Source of the DNA: a virus
Virus record (IMG/VR): IMGVR_UViG_3300011115_000650
Reading direction: 5' to 3' (one strand)
DNA: 64,000 nucleotides
Below, piece after piece: positions 29,189-39,750 of the stretch (its first letter is position 1; each line of letters opens with the position of its first letter). Made by a program: the position numbers and the translations under genes. The notes beneath the pieces were generated by a model that saw nothing but the letters and a program-made list of their open reading frames with translations, had not been told where the DNA came from and searched no databases.

Positions 29189-31000
29189 TTAACTTGTTCT
29201 ACCAGTACTAATTCCTACTTCTCCTTGAGCTGCTAGATCATTTTTTAGTACCAGATTCGCTTTTTGTTTTAATATCGAAGGTGCTGTTGTACTGGTTGAA
29301 ATCGACTGCCACTTTGCTCTTTGAGAAGGTGTTAATAGGTTACTATTCACTTTTGTACCTGTTGAGATGGTTTGTATCTGTGCCTGAATAGGGTATTTTG
29401 ATGAAGAGCCAGCTAGGTTTGCTAATGCTGTAGATCTAATTCCTTGTGCTGTCTGTGCGGTTGAGCTAACTAATTGCTGTTGCATTTTGCGCCTAAACTT
29501 CTTACCGCCTTTATTAATACCATCTACAAAACTTGATACCTCTCTCTGAACTGCTGCTGCGTTGGCGGTTAATTTTTGTTCATTTTCTATACCTAATGTC
29601 TTGTACGTATCTTGAATATCTGTACCTGCTTCTATAGGAAGACCGGAGTTTTGCAGCAGTAATTTTATTTCTTCAAATAGTATACTGTTATCTGTAGCAA
29701 AGGTTAATTCTGTCTCTGCTACCAAAACTCCTCTTTGATCTAGAGCGATTGCCTTTCTTCGCTTATACTTAATTCCATTATCTACTAATTCTTCTTCTAC
29801 AATTTTCAAAGTATAGCTACCGTATTTTTGTTGATTTTTATCTACATTAGCGTAATCCTTTACAAAGGTTTTAAGATTAACGGCTGTGTTACTTAGTACT
29901 GCTTTAGAATCTTTTAAACCTTGTAATGTTGGTGAATTCTCTGTTGCTTTACATACTTCTAAGTTATAGATTAATGGTTCGATAGCAGCTTGTAATTCAG
30001 CTACCTTACCTAATACTCCTATCGTAAAATTATAGATTAGATCTATTAAAGCTTGTATCTCACTGACTCTCTTCTTAGCTTCTAAGATCTGTTTCTTTAG
30101 ATCTTCAACCCCAGTTGCTAATTTAGTCGTTATTGTAGTTACTGTTAAGAGTCCTGGTATTGCTATTGATGATAGTACTGCTTTTACTACTGTGAATACT
30201 TTTACAAGTACGTCTAATACTTTCCCTACAATCTGTAGTATATTTAAGTAACTTGCTATCTTTAATCCTATTTGATTGATACCCTTTAGTAAAGTTGTTA
30301 TCTGTTGGAGTGCTGGTATTATTTGAGCTGGATTGATTATCTTCTGTAGATTCTGTATCTGAGATGCTAGGTTTAGACCAGGTATATTAGATGCTAAATT
30401 AATTAAGTCTTGAGCTGTTCCAAGATTAGCTAGGTTATCTAGAGTCGATCTAACTCCTTGAATGCCAGATAGTATCCTCTGAACATCTGCATTAGGTATC
30501 TGGTTTAAGTTATCCTTACCTATATTCACATTAGTTATACTTCCTACTACGTCGTCTATATAATTCTTAGTAACGACTATTTGGGGAGATATGGTAGCAA
30601 CTTCACTATCTATTGAATTCGATAATTCATTTATACTTGTAAGTAATGCATCTCTCTTTTCAGGATTCTTAATCACTGCTGCCGATAGTTGGCTTGTATC
30701 TATTTGATTGGATAATTTTTGAGCCTGCTCTTTTACCTTATCTAGTTTTTTACTTAGCGCACTACTTAATCCGTCTAGTTTAACATTTTGTAAAGTCGTT
30801 GTTACGATATTACACAAATCATATTTAGACACCTCTTGAACTAAAGGTAAGATACCGTTAATATTTTTACTAGTTCCGGGTAACTTAATACCTCCGCTTT
30901 TTTTCAAAGGATCTCCATAGTAGATCTGATCTATTGCTACCTCTAGAGTTCCTAACTGTCTAGATATATTTGTTACAACATTTTCTATACCTTTTGCCAT
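29189..31000 (-). CDS. Helical hypothetical protein of the tail module
   Basis: 603-aa ORF in the baseplate operon; long helical and hydrophobic stretch. Confidence 0.5.
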   Translation of the reverse strand: MAKGIENVVTNISRQLGTLEVAIDQIYYGDPLKKSGGIKLPGTSKNINGILPLVQEVSKYDLCNIVTTTLQNVKLDGLSSALSKKLDKVKEQAQKLSNQIDTSQLSAAVIKNPEKRDALLTSINELSNSIDSEVATISPQIVVTKNYIDDVVGSITNVNIGKDNLNQIPNADVQRILSGIQGVRSTLDNLANLGTAQDLINLASNIPGLNLASQIQNLQKIINPAQIIPALQQITTLLKGINQIGLKIASYLNILQIVGKVLDVLVKVFTVVKAVLSSIAIPGLLTVTTITTKLATGVEDLKKQILEAKKRVSEIQALIDLIYNFTIGVLGKVAELQAAIEPLIYNLEVCKATENSPTLQGLKDSKAVLSNTAVNLKTFVKDYANVDKNQQKYGSYTLKIVEEELVDNGIKYKRRKAIALDQRGVLVAETELTFATDNSILFEEIKLLLQNSGLPIEAGTDIQDTYKTLGIENEQKLTANAAAVQREVSSFVDGINKGGKKFRRKMQQQLVSSTAQTAQGIRSTALANLAGSSSKYPIQAQIQTISTGTKVNSNLLTPSQRAKWQSISTSTTAPSILKQKANLVLKNDLAAQGEVGISTGRTS

Positions 31001-31449
31001 TATCTCGTATAAGTTACTTGTGATAATAAAGCCCCACTTTGATTTGCAATTGCAGCCAATTGGGGGAATTCCTTTTGTATAACTGTACTTGCTTTTACGA
31101 TCCCAGGTATTGATGTCTCTAATTCTGTTTCCGATATCTGACCTAATGCTACGCTTAGAGCCCCTAACATCTTAATCATCCTATTCAGTAACTGTACTGT
31201 GGAATTACCTAGTAATACCGGTTGACCTATAGTCTCTGCTTCGTATCCTAGTTCAATTTTAGGTGAATTTACGATAACTCTATTTGAGACATCGAAGTTA
31301 ACTGTACCTAGTGAAGATAGAGCAATAGACTTTTTACCAAATATTAATGTACTGTCATCTTTTGAATGTAATAACACTCTCCCTGAAGATAATATGATTT
31401 GATTATCTTTATAAGATCTTTTTTCTGGTATGTATGATGATTGAGCCAT
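31000..31449 (-). CDS. Baseplate spike-like protein
   Basis: QIILSSGRVLL...SPKIELG...PVLLGN beta-repeat pattern. Confidence 0.5.
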   Translation of the reverse strand: MAQSSYIPEKRSYKDNQIILSSGRVLLHSKDDSTLIFGKKSIALSSLGTVNFDVSNRVIVNSPKIELGYEAETIGQPVLLGNSTVQLLNRMIKMLGALSVALGQISETELETSIPGIVKASTVIQKEFPQLAAIANQSGALLSQVTYTR

Positions 31450-32393
31450 TACTTAGTGTTTAGTTGGTTTTGTGCTTGAGACTGTGCCGAAGTTGAATCT
31501 GTACTCAAAGGTACAGTATTTCTTGTCTGTACTTGATCTACCGTTGGCTTAGTTCTACTAGCATATGAAGTCATGGGGTAATTATCTAGATCTTTTATAT
31601 AGATAGATTGTCCTGAGCAGATATAGATAGAAGAAGCATCTGAATTGATATCTTCTATCGTAGGTATCCAAGCTTCTTTTACTGTTTGCTTACCTTGACC
31701 ATTTCTTATTATAATAATAGGGTCACCACTTGTACCTTGACTACTCCAAGGATTAGCTATACCCTTACCTTTTACTGTCGAACCTAACCTAATAGACTGT
31801 CCCCATCTACCTTCTACTATACTATCTCCTTCGTAGTACTGCAGGTTCTTAATATTAGACTTCTCTTTAAAAGTACCTCCTAATGGGTAACTTATTGATT
31901 CTGATACATTTGAATAGGTCGCACCTGCCTCTGTCGCAGCATAGCCTGTTTGTTGAGCTTGTGTAAAATTACCGTATTGAACTAAGTCTGGGAAAGCATT
32001 ATGATGTGTCGATCCCCATAGGTTATACGGTTCTCTATAATAGTACTGCTTACTTGAAGCATCATCATTTAAGTTAGGCGATGGACCGGCGATTAATTCT
32101 ACAATCTCTCCTTCTACAGGGTATTTTTTAATCGCCGTACTTATAGGGAGTGCTAGAGGTCGAATACTATCTAGAGTTTCTACTGAAAGATCTGTATAAA
32201 GTATTGTATATAAGATACCTCCTACACTAGCCCATTCACCGTTATTTTTAAAATACGTATCTACATTACCTCTTGAATCCCTAGGACCTAGAATAATTCT
32301 ATTGACCCTAGCTATGATGGTGCCCTGTCCTAGACCCTGTGTAGGATTTTGGTTATATAGGCTGTAATTTACTCCAAGTAGGTTAGATGCCAT
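31449..32393 (-). CDS. Baseplate hub/spike protein (gp5-like N-terminus)
   Basis: YPVEGEIV; YEGDSIVEGRWGQSIRLGS; position in module. Confidence 0.55.
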   Translation of the reverse strand: MASNLLGVNYSLYNQNPTQGLGQGTIIARVNRIILGPRDSRGNVDTYFKNNGEWASVGGILYTILYTDLSVETLDSIRPLALPISTAIKKYPVEGEIVELIAGPSPNLNDDASSKQYYYREPYNLWGSTHHNAFPDLVQYGNFTQAQQTGYAATEAGATYSNVSESISYPLGGTFKEKSNIKNLQYYEGDSIVEGRWGQSIRLGSTVKGKGIANPWSSQGTSGDPIIIIRNGQGKQTVKEAWIPTIEDINSDASSIYICSGQSIYIKDLDNYPMTSYASRTKPTVDQVQTRNTVPLSTDSTSAQSQAQNQLNTK

Positions 32394-32398
32394 ATGTA

Positions 32399-32758
32399 TT
32401 AAGCAGTTAGTTTTTTAGTTACTTCAGGTATATCTATCTTTTTAATTTCAGCGAACAATAATTCCTTATCTTTTTCGGATAGTAATTCTGTATCGCCTTC
32501 TGCTTTCGCTGCCACCGACATAGCCTTTTGAACTATGCCTGCCATCTTAATCAAAGCTTCATCATTCTTAACAGCTACCTCCATATACCCTTGTAATAAA
32601 GGTACAATTAAAGTAGCATCTCCAGGTTCAGTGACCATGTCTTTTAACTGGCCGACTAGATCCTTGAGTTGCTTTTCTTTGCTTCTGCTATTATCGTAAA
32701 TATCTTTGAGTAGAGATGAAAAACTCTTACCTTTAAATAACTCTTGTTCGAAATCCAT
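32399..32758 (-). CDS. Hypothetical protein
   Basis: 119-aa ORF; late motif at 32775-32782. Confidence 0.6.
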   Translation of the reverse strand: MDFEQELFKGKSFSSLLKDIYDNSRSKEKQLKDLVGQLKDMVTEPGDATLIVPLLQGYMEVAVKNDEALIKMAGIVQKAMSVAAKAEGDTELLSEKDKELLFAEIKKIDIPEVTKKLTA

Positions 32759-32798
32759 ACACTGTTCTTTACTAATAAATAGATCTTTTCTATAAAAA

Positions 32799-33548
32799 TT
32801 ACGAAGGGTGTCCTTGTTCTAGATACTTGTTATGGAGTTTCTTGTAGAGTGTTTTAAGTTTTTTAATGACTTTCGTAATGGTTGGGGTACTAGTTTCTGT
32901 AATTTCTCGGATATAAATGTATAAAGCTTTCTTGGATAAGATATCTAGATTCTCTCTCTTTTTAAATAATTCTAGTATAGCATCTGCTACTCTAGCCTCT
33001 TTTTCTTTAGGAAATAACGTAAATAATTTATCGTCAATGTAGTCTACATAAACATCTATGAAATTAACTCTACCTAATTCATAATCCACTTCATCTACCA
33101 ATCCTCCAACAATAGTCTGATCTGTATCTACTTCATCTAAGGTAGCTTTATTCTTGAGTTTCTTATAGTTATTGTTATTGTAAACAATTAAGTACCTCTT
33201 TACAATTGTACCAAAGTATGAGTAAGCTTTACCTTTTTCTTGTTTATATAACTTTAACTTCTCTAATAGTACGCATACCACTTCGTGCTTTAACTCCTCT
33301 ATCGTCTCCACCTCTGAATAATAAAATTTAAAGGTGTGTATGATATTCTCTGCTAATTTATGAAAGGCATAATTGATATGCGTATTAAAGATTTCATTCC
33401 TCTCTATATCATCTTCACTCGTAGTATATCTTACGATTGCATCTTCAGTCTCTTGGGTAAAATAGATATTAGCTTGTTTAGGCTTCCTCTTTCTAACCGT
33501 GCCTTGTTGTGTGAGTGTGATTTCGATCTCGGGTGTGAATATATCCAT
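32799..33548 (-). CDS. Late-transcription sigma factor (T4 gp55-like)
   Basis: KLAENII...EKGKAYSYFGTIVKRYL region-2-like motif. Confidence 0.7.
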   Translation of the reverse strand: MDIFTPEIEITLTQQGTVRKRKPKQANIYFTQETEDAIVRYTTSEDDIERNEIFNTHINYAFHKLAENIIHTFKFYYSEVETIEELKHEVVCVLLEKLKLYKQEKGKAYSYFGTIVKRYLIVYNNNNYKKLKNKATLDEVDTDQTIVGGLVDEVDYELGRVNFIDVYVDYIDDKLFTLFPKEKEARVADAILELFKKRENLDILSKKALYIYIREITETSTPTITKVIKKLKTLYKKLHNKYLEQGHPS

Positions 33549-33552
33549 TCGG

Positions 33553-33828
33553 TTAGTTTGTCTTATTGGTAGTGAATTGATTTAAGGCTGCTTGGATATC
33601 TTTAACGGTTGTGAAAAAGATTCCTATCTCATCATCACTCTTAAAAGCACCTAGTTTATCTATCTCTTTTAATACTCTATCTGATTCTGTGATAGTATTA
33701 GAAAGATCGGATAATATCTGATCCCTCTCAACCACCATTTTCTCTAACTTAGTATTCTTACTGTAAAGGTTATAGATTACATATCCTAAGATTGTAACGA
33801 TCCATAACATGACGCTTGCTATTATCAT
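33553..33828 (-). CDS. Small membrane-anchored protein
   Basis: N-terminal hydrophobic helix followed by coiled coil. Confidence 0.6.
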   Translation of the reverse strand: MIIASVMLWIVTILGYVIYNLYSKNTKLEKMVVERDQILSDLSNTITESDRVLKEIDKLGAFKSDDEIGIFFTTVKDIQAALNQFTTNKTN

Positions 33829-33831
33829 ATA

Positions 33832-34599
33832 TTATAAGTTTTTTAGTATGTTAGCCAAACCTGGATTAGCTTTACCTATCTTCGATACTGCTTCTTTTCT
33901 AGCATCTACTGAGGTAAAACTTTTGGGTTTAGGTTTTGAAGGAGTAATACCGCTAGTTAATCTCTCCATCCACACCCTCTCCCATTCTACTCTAGCTGAT
34001 AATAAATCGGCTTGATGTAAAATTAAAGGTAAAGAGGTTCTTAATCTAGCTTCGTTCTGGTAAGACATTAAATAAGGTTTATTAGATTCATCATATAAAC
34101 CATCATGTAATTTAATACCCAGATATTCATTCTCAGTAACTGGTACACCTATACTCTGTAAGATGAATAAAGTACGATCTGGTACAGTAGAGAAAGTTAG
34201 AGCGGTATTAATTTTATACATGACTCCTTGATTCTTTACCTGCCAATCATTGTCATTAGGGAATACTCCAGACTTATCTCCAAGACCTAATTTACCTAGG
34301 TCATGATTGATAGCAGCGAAGATTAATTCCTCTTGCGTAAAGGTTAGCGGTGTGTGTTGACTCCAGAGTTCACTCAATTGCAAAGAAGCCTTAACTACTC
34401 TATTGATATGGTCTACATAGCCTCCAGGGAGACAGTTATGATAGGTCTCTCTAATAGAAGCAGGTGCTAGTACTAGATGATCTTCAATAGACTTATAATA
34501 GGTAAGTAAAGCTTCTTTACGCGGAGACTCAATATAGGTCTCGATGTTGGTCAAGAAGATTTGGTAATTTTCTTGAATCTGTTCAGCTGTTAATTGCAT
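33832..34599 (-). CDS. HD-domain phosphohydrolase
   Basis: APAS..YH...GGYVDH, NHDLGK, LHDG, HQAD. Confidence 0.85.
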   Translation of the reverse strand: MQLTAEQIQENYQIFLTNIETYIESPRKEALLTYYKSIEDHLVLAPASIRETYHNCLPGGYVDHINRVVKASLQLSELWSQHTPLTFTQEELIFAAINHDLGKLGLGDKSGVFPNDNDWQVKNQGVMYKINTALTFSTVPDRTLFILQSIGVPVTENEYLGIKLHDGLYDESNKPYLMSYQNEARLRTSLPLILHQADLLSARVEWERVWMERLTSGITPSKPKPKSFTSVDARKEAVSKIGKANPGLANILKNL

Positions 34600-34639
34600 A
34601 TTGTTATATATTTAATAACCAATATACGGACTTATTAGC

Positions 34640-34822
34640 TTAATTCCAACTATCGCTCTCATTATTTACTAAAGTTTGTATATCGGCTAACTTTTCTTTG
34701 ATATCCTCAATCTCTAACTTTAGGTCTCTAATCGGTTTACCGATCGACATACTAGAATCTAGACTAGTTAAACGATTTACTACGGTCTCTAGTTTACTAG
34801 TAACTACTTGTTTATTTCTCAT
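34640..34822 (-). CDS. Hypothetical protein
   Basis: 60-aa coiled-coil ORF overlapping the upstream gene. Confidence 0.5.
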   Translation of the reverse strand: MRNKQVVTSKLETVVNRLTSLDSSMSIGKPIRDLKLEIEDIKEKLADIQTLVNNESDSWN

Positions 34823-35109
34823 AAGTTTTGTTTTATTAATATAACGGCGTGAGGTATTGAATCATAAGTCATAACAGTATCGCTAAAAGCAGTATGTTGA
34901 CAATCTTCACCTGTTAGGTAAATACTTTTAGTTAATTTTTTAATGTGTATGATAGGATATAGAGTAGTTGATAGTAATCTTTCTACCTTATCTGCTAATT
35001 CTGCATTAATATCGGCATCGATATTCTTATAACTAATACCTTGACCATTTAGTTCTTTTACTAGAGCATTACATCGACTACAACCTTCTAGCGTATATAT
35101 TTGTAACAT
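34819..35109 (-). CDS. Glutaredoxin-like protein
   Basis: IYTLEGCSRC...YP. Confidence 0.75.
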   Translation of the reverse strand: MLQIYTLEGCSRCNALVKELNGQGISYKNIDADINAELADKVERLLSTTLYPIIHIKKLTKSIYLTGEDCQHTAFSDTVMTYDSIPHAVILIKQNL

Positions 35110-35208
35110 TTTATTTCTATTTTTTTATTCTCTCTTTCTTACTATCTTGCTATTTTTTAATAGTTATTGATTTAGCAAAAAGCTAATGTTTTTTCTTCAT
35201 ATTTCCAA

Positions 35209-35502
35209 CTAGTTCACTAGCTTTTTTTCTAGCTGGTCTAGTATTAGTACAATCTCTATAGATTCTTCATAGTATTCATACTGGGTATACAGATTTAATA
35301 ATTTTTTGAAGTAGGTCTGCATGCTTGTAGCCTGTTTTGGATCTAACTTATTTAAAAACTCCTCAGGATCAGATTCCATAGCCTCCCACACTCCCATCAC
35401 AGCTATATCCAGGATTTCAAACACCGTATCTATCATCCCAGGATCAACTTGAGAAAGAAATTCAAAATCAGCATCATCGTAAGGAAGATATTCGGTAACC
35501 AT
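35209..35502 (-). CDS. Acidic hypothetical protein (start revised to MVTEYL)
   Basis: Late motif at 35527-35534 lies inside the longer ORF call, which favours the ATG at 35502. Confidence 0.5.
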   Translation of the reverse strand: MVTEYLPYDDADFEFLSQVDPGMIDTVFEILDIAVMGVWEAMESDPEEFLNKLDPKQATSMQTYFKKLLNLYTQYEYYEESIEIVLILDQLEKKLVN

Positions 35503-35645
35503 ACTCTTATATATATCTATATAGTTATAAATAGTACTAGACACAATAAAACCCTCCCTCTAGAAATAAATTAAAGAAGAAAGGTTATCTTGGATTCTAG
35601 CCCTTTTTTTAAAAGCCTTATACCTTTGTTATGATTTGAGATAGA

Positions 35646-36146
35646 CTAGGGAGATGAAGGGCTATCCATTGTCTGGCTATAGGTTTGATAGTCCTGTCCT
35701 AACACTTCAATGATATCAGCCGCGGACTTAGAATCGATATAAAATCCCTCTCTCCTTGTCGATACCCTATAACCTCTCTCCTGTAGATATTGATGAACGT
35801 CCTGTTCTAGGTAACGAGCATTGACGCATTTATATCTAAAGACTGGAAACCATGGAGAGATGACACCGGTTACGGAATTAATCTCGCGAGTCCGTTGCTC
35901 GACCGAGGTCGTGGTCATGCCAATTTTACATACACCTGGTATATCTTTATTGACTAGGATATAAACCCATTCTGGTTTACGGATACCACCTGATGGGTCA
36001 AAGATTGCGTCACCGTAGTAATTGACCTGCTCCCATCCATCACCTAGAGGAGTGAGAGTAAAACCAATCGCCCTCTGACATAACTGGTTTGAGGAGGGGG
36101 GTAGGTAGACATGATACTGTGCCTGTTCGGGGGTTAGTCTTTTCAT
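35646..36146 (-). CDS. T5orf172-type GIY-YIG domain protein
   Basis: WVYIL...CKIGMTT..VEQR..E...LEQDVH...REGF; start revised to MKRLTP. Confidence 0.75.
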   Translation of the reverse strand: MKRLTPEQAQYHVYLPPSSNQLCQRAIGFTLTPLGDGWEQVNYYGDAIFDPSGGIRKPEWVYILVNKDIPGVCKIGMTTTSVEQRTREINSVTGVISPWFPVFRYKCVNARYLEQDVHQYLQERGYRVSTRREGFYIDSKSAADIIEVLGQDYQTYSQTMDSPSSP

Positions 36147-36162
36147 TTGAATTAGGTTTTTT

Positions 36163-36408
36163 TTAATAGCATCGTAAAACATTGCGAGGGGGTATCTGTA
36201 GTCCCTGTAACGTATCTTGGAGGGATTTTAGTTCCTGGGGAGTTAATCTGAAGGAGAACCTACCTCTAATCCTTGATGGAACTATTTTAAGGGGTGTGGG
36301 TATACAACCTTGTATTATATATCGAAATCTATCTAGACTAGATACGACTACTGTTTTACCTTGATAGGGATATATATTTTGCGTTGGGGATGAAATTTTT
36401 GTCGGCAT
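36163..36408 (-). CDS. Hypothetical protein
   Basis: 81-aa ORF with ATG. Confidence 0.4.
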   Translation of the reverse strand: MPTKISSPTQNIYPYQGKTVVVSSLDRFRYIIQGCIPTPLKIVPSRIRGRFSFRLTPQELKSLQDTLQGLQIPPRNVLRCY

Positions 36409-36847
36409 TGAAACTTGGGTTTTATGTTTTTTAAATTTTTTTGTCTGTTTGGAAAAAGATATGAAGATATATTTTGTATGAGGTCGAGATTTGAACAGCT
36501 TGGCTAACTTCCATTAAGCCAACCTATCCTACCTAACACTGTATATGGGCTATAACCATGTTGGTGGAATAGTGGTGTCATACTGCCGGCAGTCGTGGTA
36601 GGACTTGGGTCACTTTTTCCCCCCGGTCGAGAAAAGAGTTCGTGAACTAGTCTCTGTATACCTCTCTCCATACGGCTAGATACCATAGTACGGCTATACC
36701 CCTCCACACCCAGTGCCACTCCAGAGGATTGAAGCTACCTCCTATTATACTCGATAGTAACCACATTACTAGAGTCATTACTAGTAGTCTTAGTATCTTT
36801 ATCATTTTTTATTAGTTTAGTTTACCCTGGATTGATTACTTGATTAG

Positions 36848-37174
36848 TTACTTCACCTCCTCTAGGATTATATAACCATCTATATCCTTATCATGGCGAG
36901 TTGTAACATAGGTTAAGGTAACAGTCTTGTATACACTACTGCCGTGTTCATTAGGCATATACCTCACTCTATTTGATACAGTAGTACCTGTACTATACTT
37001 TACTACCTTACGACTACCTTCTACACCATACCACTCTACTAACTGCTTAGCCCAATTCCATACCTCATCTCCTTTACGTACTGGCGTACCTTCATCACAA
37101 GCATCAGGATAGATACGCTTTGTATTCTTTTTAATTAGATTGATTGCATGTACTGCTTCTTTGTAAACTGACAT
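36848..37174 (-). CDS. Early hypothetical protein
   Basis: Directly downstream of an early promoter copy. Confidence 0.65.
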   Translation of the reverse strand: MSVYKEAVHAINLIKKNTKRIYPDACDEGTPVRKGDEVWNWAKQLVEWYGVEGSRKVVKYSTGTTVSNRVRYMPNEHGSSVYKTVTLTYVTTRHDKDIDGYIILEEVK

Positions 37175-37229
37175 AGTATTTGTTTTTGATTGTACCTAAA
37201 TATAGGATATTGGATTCATACTACCAACT

Positions 37230-37832
37230 TTATTTACCTCTCATCTTGGCTACTGCCTCTGCTAGTTCATCGAAGTCCTCAAAGGTAACCACTTGGTCAT
37301 TTATCTTGATACCCTTCTCAGTCACCTCTGCTATATAATCATCGGAGATATGTACGTGAATTGGTTTAGGTCCTTTATGTACTAGTCGTACTGATTGGAG
37401 TGGATAGTAATAGTCATTACCCTTTCCATCTAATTGAACACCAGCATTATCTGGTACTTCAGTAACAACACACTCCTCACCTATAGCATTATCCATATCC
37501 TTAGACCACCTATTATCCCAACCTAACTCATAACTAGGTACCTTATGAGTAACCTTTACTATGTCACCTACTTCCAGTGTACTTCTTTCTACTAAGATAG
37601 CATGGATACTCTTCTCCTTCTCCTTTACCTCTTCTACCTTGATTAAGTCTGATGCTTCATAGCTATTAGCACCTCCATTACTCCAATCAACATAGTAAGG
37701 TAAACTACCATCCTCTCCTTCAATACGAGCTATCACACCTTCAACATCTTTTGGATTATACTTACTAATACCATAGTACTCTGACGACACACTAATCATT
37801 ACTTTATCACCTACTTTTAATTTCTTATTCAT
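37230..37832 (-). CDS. Early protein with two KOW/SH3-like modules
   Basis: KVGDKVMI and EVGDIVKV. Confidence 0.6.
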   Translation of the reverse strand: MNKKLKVGDKVMISVSSEYYGISKYNPKDVEGVIARIEGEDGSLPYYVDWSNGGANSYEASDLIKVEEVKEKEKSIHAILVERSTLEVGDIVKVTHKVPSYELGWDNRWSKDMDNAIGEECVVTEVPDNAGVQLDGKGNDYYYPLQSVRLVHKGPKPIHVHISDDYIAEVTEKGIKINDQVVTFEDFDELAEAVAKMRGK

Positions 37833-37865
37833 AATGTTTATTTTTAATTGATTTATCTAAAGATA

Positions 37866-37886
37866 AGAAGAAGGCCCCTAAGGGCC
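37866..37886 (-). terminator. Terminator hairpin embedded in a promoter spacer
   Basis: GGCCC-TTAG-GGGCC followed by TTCTTCTT. Confidence 0.55.
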
Positions 37887-37894
37887 AACTTTAA

Positions 37895-38233
37895 TTATTG
37901 GCCTCCTAGGTAATCTGTTATAGAATTTTCAATAGCATCTCTAACCTTATCACATATACCTCCTAAATCTAAATCTACACTATCTAATTCTAATTTGTTA
38001 TCGTAGCTAATCTCAAATTGAGCACTACTTAAATCAACCACATCATCTGTACTAGCATCCTCTATAACACTACTTACTCTATCACTCACTACCTTGATTA
38101 ATAAATCAACCTGATCTTTATCTAATCCTTTCTCTTCCTCCTGGATACCTTTAATGATACTGATTACTTGTTCTTGACTGTAGAAGCTCGGTAATTGGCT
38201 TTCTAATAACTCGATTGTTTGTTGTTTGTTCAT
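37895..38233 (-). CDS. Early acidic hypothetical protein
   Basis: Own promoter copy; D/E-rich. Confidence 0.65.
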   Translation of the reverse strand: MNKQQTIELLESQLPSFYSQEQVISIIKGIQEEEKGLDKDQVDLLIKVVSDRVSSVIEDASTDDVVDLSSAQFEISYDNKLELDSVDLDLGGICDKVRDAIENSITDYLGGQ

Positions 38234-38292
38234 AACGTTTTTTATTTTTTGATTATACCTAAATATAGTTACTTTGTTTCATACTACCAACT

Positions 38293-38580
38293 TTAAATTT
38301 TAAAAATCTGAATATAATCTTCACCATCTCCATTCATATCCATCGCCCATTTCAAGAAAGATTTTGTAGGATTTTTAGGCTCTTTTCCTGTTTCCTCTAC
38401 TTCTGTATCCATCCAACTTCTAAAATCGAAAGTATCTTCAATCTTTTTGATTACTTGCTTACCTGTTGCTTCAAATAAATCAGGACCCTCTCCTCCATAT
38501 CTTTCATATTCTTCTATACTAACTAAATAAGTTTCCTCTGGAATAATACTTGTGAATTTGATTGACTTTAATTGTTTCAT
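38293..38580 (-). CDS. Early hypothetical protein
   Basis: Own promoter copy. Confidence 0.65.
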   Translation of the reverse strand: MKQLKSIKFTSIIPEETYLVSIEEYERYGGEGPDLFEATGKQVIKKIEDTFDFRSWMDTEVEETGKEPKNPTKSFLKWAMDMNGDGEDYIQIFKI

Positions 38581-38655
38581 AATTTGTTATTTTTTGATTA
38601 TACCTAAATATAAGATATACTATCCAGACTAACAACTTTATTTGGTAACTTTTTT

Positions 38656-38775
38656 TTAATGCCTCAAGCAAGAATGTCCTGGAGGAAAGAAAGTATAAGC
38701 ACGAGTGCCTATTCTAGGAGAGCAGCTTGATAAAGCGATAACGATTAATACTGTAATGACTACTAATTGTTTCAT
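38656..38775 (-). CDS. 39-aa lipoprotein (not in ORF track)
   Basis: MKQLVVITVLIVIALSSCSPRIGTRAYTFFPPGHSCLRH*; LSSC lipobox; own promoter. Confidence 0.65.
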   Translation of the reverse strand: MKQLVVITVLIVIALSSCSPRIGTRAYTFFPPGHSCLRH

Positions 38776-38833
38776 GATTTGTTATTTTTTGATTGTTTAT
38801 TAATATACCTAAATATAGTTACTTTGTTTCATA

Positions 38834-39061
38834 CTACCAACTTTTATTTAATAAAGTCTGGAAATTATTCCCTACTAATTCACGAGCCTTCTCTTCATCA
38901 AATCCTTCACCTGCAGGCTTAGTCTCATCATAGCAGTACTTATCTAATAGCTCTTCTGAATCAGTTCTAAACCTCTCTCCATTACATAATTCGATAATAA
39001 AAGTTCTACCTGTAGCTGGATTGAATGTAGAGGTAGGAGTAAGTTTTGTGATTGTAGACAT
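38834..39061 (-). CDS. Early hypothetical protein
   Basis: Own promoter; last codons and stop lie within the next promoter. Confidence 0.6.
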   Translation of the reverse strand: MSTITKLTPTSTFNPATGRTFIIELCNGERFRTDSEELLDKYCYDETKPAGEGFDEEKARELVGNNFQTLLNKSW

Positions 39062-39118
39062 ATTTTTTATTTTTTGATTATACCTAAAGATAAGTTAAAT
39101 GATTTAAACTACCAACTT

Positions 39119-39184
39119 TTATTTAATATTATTTTTATTAATACTAACGATAAAGATGATGATTAAAATGATTACTACTGTCAT
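39119..39184 (-). CDS. 21-aa hydrophobic micro-peptide (not in ORF track)
   Basis: MTVVIILIIIFIVSINKNNIK* exactly fills the space between two promoter copies. Confidence 0.45.
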   Translation of the reverse strand: MTVVIILIIIFIVSINKNNIK

Positions 39185-39247
39185 ATTTTTTATTTTTTGA
39201 TTGTACCTAAAGATAAGTTAAATGATTGAGACGAGCAACTTTATTTA

Positions 39248-39406
39248 TTACACTAATTCATTTTCTATAATTGTGTAAGTTTTTCCTGAACAGTAAAGTC
39301 TAGCATAGTCAAGAGCTTTATCGTAGGTTGTAAAACTTTTAACATCGTCGCGAAAGATTTCAACATCGTCAGAAAAGAATGGAATAACAGTGTAAATTTT
39401 TTTCAT
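39248..39406 (-). CDS. 52-aa early protein (not in ORF track)
   Basis: MKKIYTVIPFFSDDVEIF...IIENELV*; own promoter. Confidence 0.65.
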   Translation of the reverse strand: MKKIYTVIPFFSDDVEIFRDDVKSFTTYDKALDYARLYCSGKTYTIIENELV

Positions 39407-39469
39407 TTTTTTATTTTTTTTTAATTATAACTAAATATAGGGTAAATGATTGAGACGAGCAACTTTATT

Positions 39470-39661
39470 TTATTTATTTCTACGATACGCCTGATAGTCT
39501 AAGATACATTCTATAACCTCTTCTTCTTCTAATTCCTCACCTGGGTACTCTTCGAAATTATATATCAAAGATTCTACGTAGTCGAAATCATCAGCTTCAT
39601 CAAGAGATAATCCATGAGCATCTAGCCAATTGAAGACCTGTGTTTTTAAGCTTACTATCAT
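39470..39661 (-). CDS. Early acidic protein (start revised to MIVSLK)
   Basis: The upstream extension is the translated promoter. Confidence 0.65.
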   Translation of the reverse strand: MIVSLKTQVFNWLDAHGLSLDEADDFDYVESLIYNFEEYPGEELEEEEVIECILDYQAYRRNK

Positions 39662-39750
39662 ATTTGTTATTTTTTGATTATACCTAAAGATAAGATATAC
39701 TATCCAGACTAACAACTTTATGTTAAATTATTTTAGACAAAGAAAGAGTA

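Noticed and set aside
36504-36719. 71-aa minus-strand ORF
   Set aside because: GTG start, atypical composition, no promoter or A-rich leader; more likely non-coding boundary DNA.
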